A DNA stretch of 64,000 nucleotides from Nitrospiraceae bacterium (lineage in GTDB: Bacteria; Nitrospirota; Nitrospiria; Nitrospirales; Nitrospiraceae): positions 1 through 64,000 of the forward strand of contig JBBIQV010000007.1 of assembly GCA_037442105.1 (NCBI GenBank). Reading direction: 5' to 3'. The notes beneath the pieces were generated by a model. It was not told where the DNA came from, searched no databases, and saw nothing but the letters and a program-made list of their open reading frames with translations. Every line of letters starts with the position of its first letter. Within the stretch, counting starts at the first letter, position 1. Shown piece by piece: positions 59,210-64,000 of this stretch. Both the position numbers and the translations under genes were made by a program.

Positions 59210-60007
59210 CTATCGTTCTCGCCTCGGAGCCGCAGCGGGATATCTCCGCCTCGGTTTCCCGGCCAACTTCTGCTCCACACGCTGCCGCCGCCGTTCTGTC
59301 GCAGAGACTTCGCCGAGTCGTTCATGAGTCAACTCCGCTTCGGTCCGTTGGACGTAGCGCGGAGCGATTCCCAGTCCCGCCACCTCCCCACGTGCCAGCC
59401 GCGGCAATGCAGCCAGCCCGATGCTGACCGCCGAGGGCCGCATGGCCGCTGCATCGGCTTGCGCGAGCATCCGCGCATCGGCGCCTAATGCGGCACGAAT
59501 GTCCTTTTCATAGGCCTCCCAACCTTCGCCGCAGACCAACAGAGGCTTCTGAACGGTCTGAGCCAGCGCGTGGGGGCTTCCCACCTGCTCACCGAGAAGC
59601 TGAACCAACGTTCGACGATCCGTCCATTGATACTGAGCCCAATACACTTCACCGGCGCGGCTCTTTAGAATGGGACAGATCGGCAAAGAAGTCCCGCGAA
59701 GACTCCAGGCCATTCCTTCCAACGTCGGCACAACGACGAGCGGAAGCTTCGTCGCGGTCCGGAAGCCCAACATCGTCGCCAATCCCACGCGCAAACCGGT
59801 AAACGAGCCGGGGCCGATCGACACCGCCAGCCCGGTCAGATCGGTCAGTGTCAGCTTGGCCTCTCCCAGGAGACGGTCGATCGCCGGCAGCAACGTTCGC
59901 GCGTGGGAACCTTTCGCATCCTGTTCAACGTGGGCAAGGGTCGTTTCTCCATCGAGGATTGCCACGCTCTGCCACGATGTTGCAGTGTCCACTGCCAAGA
60001 GCTTCAT
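59210..60007 (-). CDS. tsaB: t6A biosynthesis protein TsaB
   Basis: LAVDTAT, H...LLP.I, GPGSFTGLRVG, P.Y. Confidence 0.93.
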   Translation of the reverse strand: MKLLAVDTATSWQSVAILDGETTLAHVEQDAKGSHARTLLPAIDRLLGEAKLTLTDLTGLAVSIGPGSFTGLRVGLATMLGFRTATKLPLVVVPTLEGMAWSLRGTSLPICPILKSRAGEVYWAQYQWTDRRTLVQLLGEQVGSPHALAQTVQKPLLVCGEGWEAYEKDIRAALGADARMLAQADAAAMRPSAVSIGLAALPRLARGEVAGLGIAPRYVQRTEAELTHERLGEVSATERRRQRVEQKLAGKPRRRYPAAAPRRER

Positions 60008-60840
60008 GACACGTGCCCTAACTCGCCCGGCTTAAGCGGTGCATTCGGCACGATTTCATGGAACGTCAACTGGATACTGCCCCGGCCCTGCCCATCTTCC
60101 ATGGAGACTTTGAACGGTCGAAGCAGCCGCTGAGTCACGCGATCCCCGGTCTTTTCCGCCACGGCGACCGCATCATCGCCGATGAAGCGATAGTCGTCGA
60201 ACTGCATCACCGCCTCGACGTCACCACTAGGGGACAACCGATCTTCCTGCACCACGAGGAGCGTCCGCCGATCAAACCAAATTCGCCGTATCACCTTCGA
60301 TCGCCCGGCCTCTGGCTCCTGAGTCGAGACGTCAAGTCGATACCGATTCCCTTCTTCAACCAACGCCACTCGTTCATGCTTCCCGACCGAGGATGCCCCC
60401 ACGACTCCGTTCAACGCCCAGACGCTGAGTTGAAACGGACGGGCGAGCTTTCCCAATTGATCGGGTACGGAATGCCGACCGGTCAACGTCCTGCCCATTG
60501 TCGGCAACCGCAATTTATATTGATCTTCCGTTACAACGAATTCGAACAGTTCACTTCCCACCGCACTGAACCCCTGTAAACGCATCACATTGGGCCGCCG
60601 ATAGTACATTGCCCCTTCCACACGTTGGCTAATGGGGAGAATGCCGCCCTTGATCTTCGCGCTGAACAGGCCTTTCATGGTCTGAATCGCAGCTTCTCGC
60701 TCTTGCAACAACGCCGTCAACTCCTCGGCCGTGACCTGCTTGAGCGGCGCTTCTTCGCGTGATGGCAAGAGAGCGCAGCCTGAGATTACCGCGAATGCAA
60801 AAGGAAAAATGAAAAATGCAAAATTGAAGAGCCGGACCAT
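60004..60840 (-). CDS. Lipoprotein, LolA/LolB-like fold (uncertain)
   Basis: Lipobox ISGC; beta-rich mature region; likely start ATG 60840. Confidence 0.6.
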   Translation of the reverse strand: MVRLFNFAFFIFPFAFAVISGCALLPSREEAPLKQVTAEELTALLQEREAAIQTMKGLFSAKIKGGILPISQRVEGAMYYRRPNVMRLQGFSAVGSELFEFVVTEDQYKLRLPTMGRTLTGRHSVPDQLGKLARPFQLSVWALNGVVGASSVGKHERVALVEEGNRYRLDVSTQEPEAGRSKVIRRIWFDRRTLLVVQEDRLSPSGDVEAVMQFDDYRFIGDDAVAVAEKTGDRVTQRLLRPFKVSMEDGQGRGSIQLTFHEIVPNAPLKPGELGHVS

Positions 60841-60883
60841 TTTTAATTTTGAATTTTTCATTTTGAATTTTTCATTTTGCATT
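60793..60883. repeat. AT-rich inverted heptamer arrays flanking a start codon
   Basis: Minus strand: AATGCAA AATGAAA AATTCAA AATGAAA AATTCAA AATTAAA AATG ... TTTGCAT TTTTCAT TTTTCCT TTTGCAT. Confidence 0.85.
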
Positions 60884-60897
60884 CTTAAATCCTGGCC

Positions 60898-62262
60898 TTA
60901 CGCCAGTGCCACATCCAACGCCTCTCCCACTTCTTGAATTCCGATCAACTCGATCCCGTCGACCGCGTCCAGCTTGGCCAAATTACGCTCGGGCAGCAAA
61001 CACCGCTTGAATCCCATCTTAGCCGCCTCTCGAATCCGGAGATCGGCCTGGCTGATCGCCCGCACTTCCCCGCCCAGACCCACTTCTCCCATCACCATCG
61101 TGGTGTGATCGATCGGAGACTCCCGCAGACTCGACGTCACGGCCGTAACGATCCCCAAATCGATGGCCGGTTCATCCACCTGCATCCCACCGACCACGTT
61201 CACGTACACATCCTGCCCGGAGAGATGCAGACCCAGCCGCTTTTCCATCACGGCCAGGAGCAGCGACACGCGGTTCAATTCGACGCCGTTGGCCATGCGC
61301 TTGGGCATTGCGTAGCTCGTCGGCGATACCAACGCTTGCAGCTCGACCAGGATCGGGCGGGTTCCTTCCAGACTGGACACCACCACCGATCCTGTGCTCT
61401 GCTGCGGACGTTCCGCTAGGAACAGCTCGGAAGGATTGCCGACCTCTTCCAGCCCCGTGTCCTTCATCTCGAAGACGCCGATCTCGTTCGTCGAGCCGAA
61501 GCGATTTTTCACCGCGCGGAGAATACGGTAACTATGCCCCTTGTCGCCCTCGAAATAGAGCACGGTGTCCACGATATGTTCCAGCAAGCGCGGCCCGGCA
61601 ATCGCCCCCTCCTTGGTTACATGCCCGATGATGAAGACCGGCACGCTGCTCCGCTTGGCGAACCACATGAGCTGGCCGGCCACTTCCTGCACCTGGCTGA
61701 TGCTGCCGGGCGCGGACGTGAGCTGTTCGGTGTAGACGGTCTGAATCGAATCCACCACCACCGCAGCCGGTTCCACTTCCTGCACCGCTTTCAGAATCTG
61801 TTCCAGCGACGTCTCGGCCAGGATCAGGAGATTCGGACTTTCGATTCCCAACCGTTGCCCCCGCATTTTGATCTGGCGGGGCGACTCCTCGCCGGAGACA
61901 TAGAGCGCCTGATCCCCGGCTCCGCCCAGCTTCGGAAGAGCCTGCAAGAGGAGCGTGGTCTTCCCGATGCCGGGATCGCCGCCAATGAGGACGACCGAGC
62001 CGGGAATTACGCCTCCGCCAAGCACGCGATCGAATTCACCGATGCCGGTACAACGGCGGTGCTCGCCAACCACTTCGATGTCGCCGATGGGAGTTGGCTT
62101 AGAGGCGGTCACGTGCTTGAGCGCAGCAGGACGGCCTTTGCCGCTGGCGGGCAGCCGCTCTTCTTTCATGGTGTTCCAGCCGCCGCAGTCTGGGCAGCGC
62201 CCGATCCACCGCGGAGCCTGGTGGCCGCATGCCTGGCAGGAAAAACTGGTCTTGGCCCGCAT
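60898..62262 (-). CDS. radA: DNA repair protein RadA/Sms
   Basis: C..CG.....W.GRCP.C..WN zinc finger, GGDPGIGKTT, KNRFG, Lon-like C-terminus. Confidence 0.97.
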   Translation of the reverse strand: MRAKTSFSCQACGHQAPRWIGRCPDCGGWNTMKEERLPASGKGRPAALKHVTASKPTPIGDIEVVGEHRRCTGIGEFDRVLGGGVIPGSVVLIGGDPGIGKTTLLLQALPKLGGAGDQALYVSGEESPRQIKMRGQRLGIESPNLLILAETSLEQILKAVQEVEPAAVVVDSIQTVYTEQLTSAPGSISQVQEVAGQLMWFAKRSSVPVFIIGHVTKEGAIAGPRLLEHIVDTVLYFEGDKGHSYRILRAVKNRFGSTNEIGVFEMKDTGLEEVGNPSELFLAERPQQSTGSVVVSSLEGTRPILVELQALVSPTSYAMPKRMANGVELNRVSLLLAVMEKRLGLHLSGQDVYVNVVGGMQVDEPAIDLGIVTAVTSSLRESPIDHTTMVMGEVGLGGEVRAISQADLRIREAAKMGFKRCLLPERNLAKLDAVDGIELIGIQEVGEALDVALA

Positions 62263-62350
62263 CCGCCCGAGCCTCTGAGTCAAGAGATATGGACGAACCC
62301 TATTGTAGAGGAAGAAGGGGTGAAAAGGAAGGAGAGCGGGATAGGTGGCT

Positions 62351-63895
62351 TTAACTCGGAGAGGGAACAGGATGGGTTTTGCATAGGCCGTCGTAGACAC
62401 GTATGTAGTGCTGAACAGAAGGTCCCCAGGAGACGTCCGTGCGCATTCCTGTTTGGATGAGATGGTCCCATTCGTTCTTGTGCTTGTGAACCGAGAGGGC
62501 CAACAGGATAACCGAGAGGAGCGACTCTGATGACATGTCTGTGAAACGGAATCCATTTGCGCGACGGTTGCGAGTGCTTCCCGGCGAGAATGGGACAACG
62601 GTGTCGGCCAATCCTCCTGTCTTTCGGACAATGGGGATCGTCCCATAGCGAAGACCATGTAACTGAGTCAGTCCGCAGGGTTCATATCGGGAGGGAATGA
62701 GCAACATGTCGCTCCCCGCCTGGATCCTGTGAGCCAGACCTTCGTCAAATCCCAGACGCAGGGCGACCTTTTTCGGATAGCGATTCTGAAAGGAGGAAAA
62801 CTCCTGTTCGTAGCGGCGCTCCCCGCTGCCGAGAATGATCAATTGGAGATCCACCTCCATCAATTCAGGGAGGATATCTACGACGAGGTCAAGCCCTTTC
62901 TGGTTGACCAAGCGTGAGACGATCCCAAGGACCGGCGCCTCCTTCACCGGGAGCTTCATCTCTCGTTGGAGCTCCTGCTTGCAAACTCTCTTGCCCGTAA
63001 GATCCGAGGCTGAATAGGTGCGTGGAAGGAACGGGTCTGTGGATGGATCCCAGACCCCGGTGTCGATCCCGTTCACAATGCCGACGAGACGATCTTTCCG
63101 CTGGGCGAGGACTCCCTCAAGGCCGAACCCGAAATCGGGCGTCTGAATCTCTCGACTGTACGTTGGGCTGACCGTGGTGAGCATATCGGCGAAGAGGATA
63201 CCGCCCTTGAGCAAATTCACGGATCCGTAGAATTCAAGTCCGGCAGGCGTGAACACATCCGCCGGGAGCCCCGTTTTCTCAAACTCGGATTTCGGGAATT
63301 GTCCCTGATAACCCACGTTGTGCAGAGTCAGAATCGTCTGCAGGCCGGTGAATTCCGGTTGCCTTGCGTAGAGCGTTTTGAGATACACCGCGCATAACGC
63401 CGTCTGCCAGTCATGGAGATGGAGGATGTCCGGTCGCCACTGTTCTGCGGAAGCGAAGTGTGTCAACAGCGCCAGAACCCCGCGGCAGAAGAAACTGAAC
63501 CGATCGAGGTTATCAGGGTAGTCTCGGCCCTGCTCTTGATACAGGCCGGCACGAGCAAAAAACAAGTCGTGCCGAATGGCGAAGATCGACATGCGACCCG
63601 CCGTCTTGCCAGGGAACGAAGAAACCGGCCCCTGCTCGATGATCGCCTGGATAGGGCCGGCCACGGTAGGCACCGGTAGCTCGGCGACCTGCTGAAAGGG
63701 GTGCTCGGAGTCGTCGATACAGCCATACTTGGGGATGATCAGTCTGACCTCGTGCCCCAGTTTTGCCAATTCAAAGGGCAAGGTTCCTGCCACATCGGCC
63801 AGTCCTCCTGTCTTGGCATAGGGCACCGCCTCCGGGGAGACCATCGCAATCTTGAGCGTTGAGCGAACTGTGGCTGAAGGAGAAGACATCGTCAC
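62351..63895 (-). CDS. glgA: Glycogen synthase
   Basis: E..P.AKTGGLADV, HLHDWQ, TVS.TY, SRL..QKG, PSRYEPCGL.Q, TGGLADTV. Confidence 0.96.
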   Translation of the reverse strand: MTMSSPSATVRSTLKIAMVSPEAVPYAKTGGLADVAGTLPFELAKLGHEVRLIIPKYGCIDDSEHPFQQVAELPVPTVAGPIQAIIEQGPVSSFPGKTAGRMSIFAIRHDLFFARAGLYQEQGRDYPDNLDRFSFFCRGVLALLTHFASAEQWRPDILHLHDWQTALCAVYLKTLYARQPEFTGLQTILTLHNVGYQGQFPKSEFEKTGLPADVFTPAGLEFYGSVNLLKGGILFADMLTTVSPTYSREIQTPDFGFGLEGVLAQRKDRLVGIVNGIDTGVWDPSTDPFLPRTYSASDLTGKRVCKQELQREMKLPVKEAPVLGIVSRLVNQKGLDLVVDILPELMEVDLQLIILGSGERRYEQEFSSFQNRYPKKVALRLGFDEGLAHRIQAGSDMLLIPSRYEPCGLTQLHGLRYGTIPIVRKTGGLADTVVPFSPGSTRNRRANGFRFTDMSSESLLSVILLALSVHKHKNEWDHLIQTGMRTDVSWGPSVQHYIRVYDGLCKTHPVPSPS

Positions 63896-64000
63896 CGAGA
63901 GGGAGGATGCGGGGTCAGAGGGGGCAGTTCAAGTCTGGTCTTGAACTCCGCTTCTCGCTTCCACTGCGTGCCAAGAGCGTGCAATTGTTGTGGAGGAAAC
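63892..64000 (-). CDS. 3' end of an unidentified gene cut by the window edge
   Basis: Open frame FPPQQLHALGTQWKREAEFKTRLELPPLTPHPPSR* ending in a GTGA overlap with the glgA start. Confidence 0.4.
   Translation of the reverse strand, partial: FPPQQLHALGTQWKREAEFKTRLELPPLTPHPPSR

Overview
GC-rich bacterial chromosomal window; gene content and style suggest Nitrospira/Nitrospirota (inference only). Most of it is housekeeping: tRNA-Arg(ACG, partial), tRNA-Ser(CGA), tadA, panE, cobB, valS-nadC-birA-coaX, grpE-dnaK-dnaJ-rsmE, deoB-like, tatC, rimI, tsaB, radA and glgA, plus envelope proteins and a tandem RND efflux operon. The standout is a compact, largely translationally coupled RiPP-like cluster at 7523-13996. 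It encodes a PqqD/RRE, three radical SAM enzymes, two tandem 64-aa Cys-containing precursor peptides (KKPYxxPxL leader motif, conserved DSGxRPS C-terminus), an HPr-kinase-like P-loop protein, a nucleotidyltransferase and an S24/S26-type peptidase. It has no lasso cyclase, YcaO or exporter. Other observations: heptamer tandem-repeat arrays, often as inverted pairs, that invade genes and appear to encode lipoprotein signal peptides; palindromic elements inserted in frame in proteins; a run of broken toxin-antitoxin genes between a RomR-like regulator and valS; and a 238-bp perfectly identical tract shared by the two RND paralogs. All calls come from reading motifs; no database search was run.
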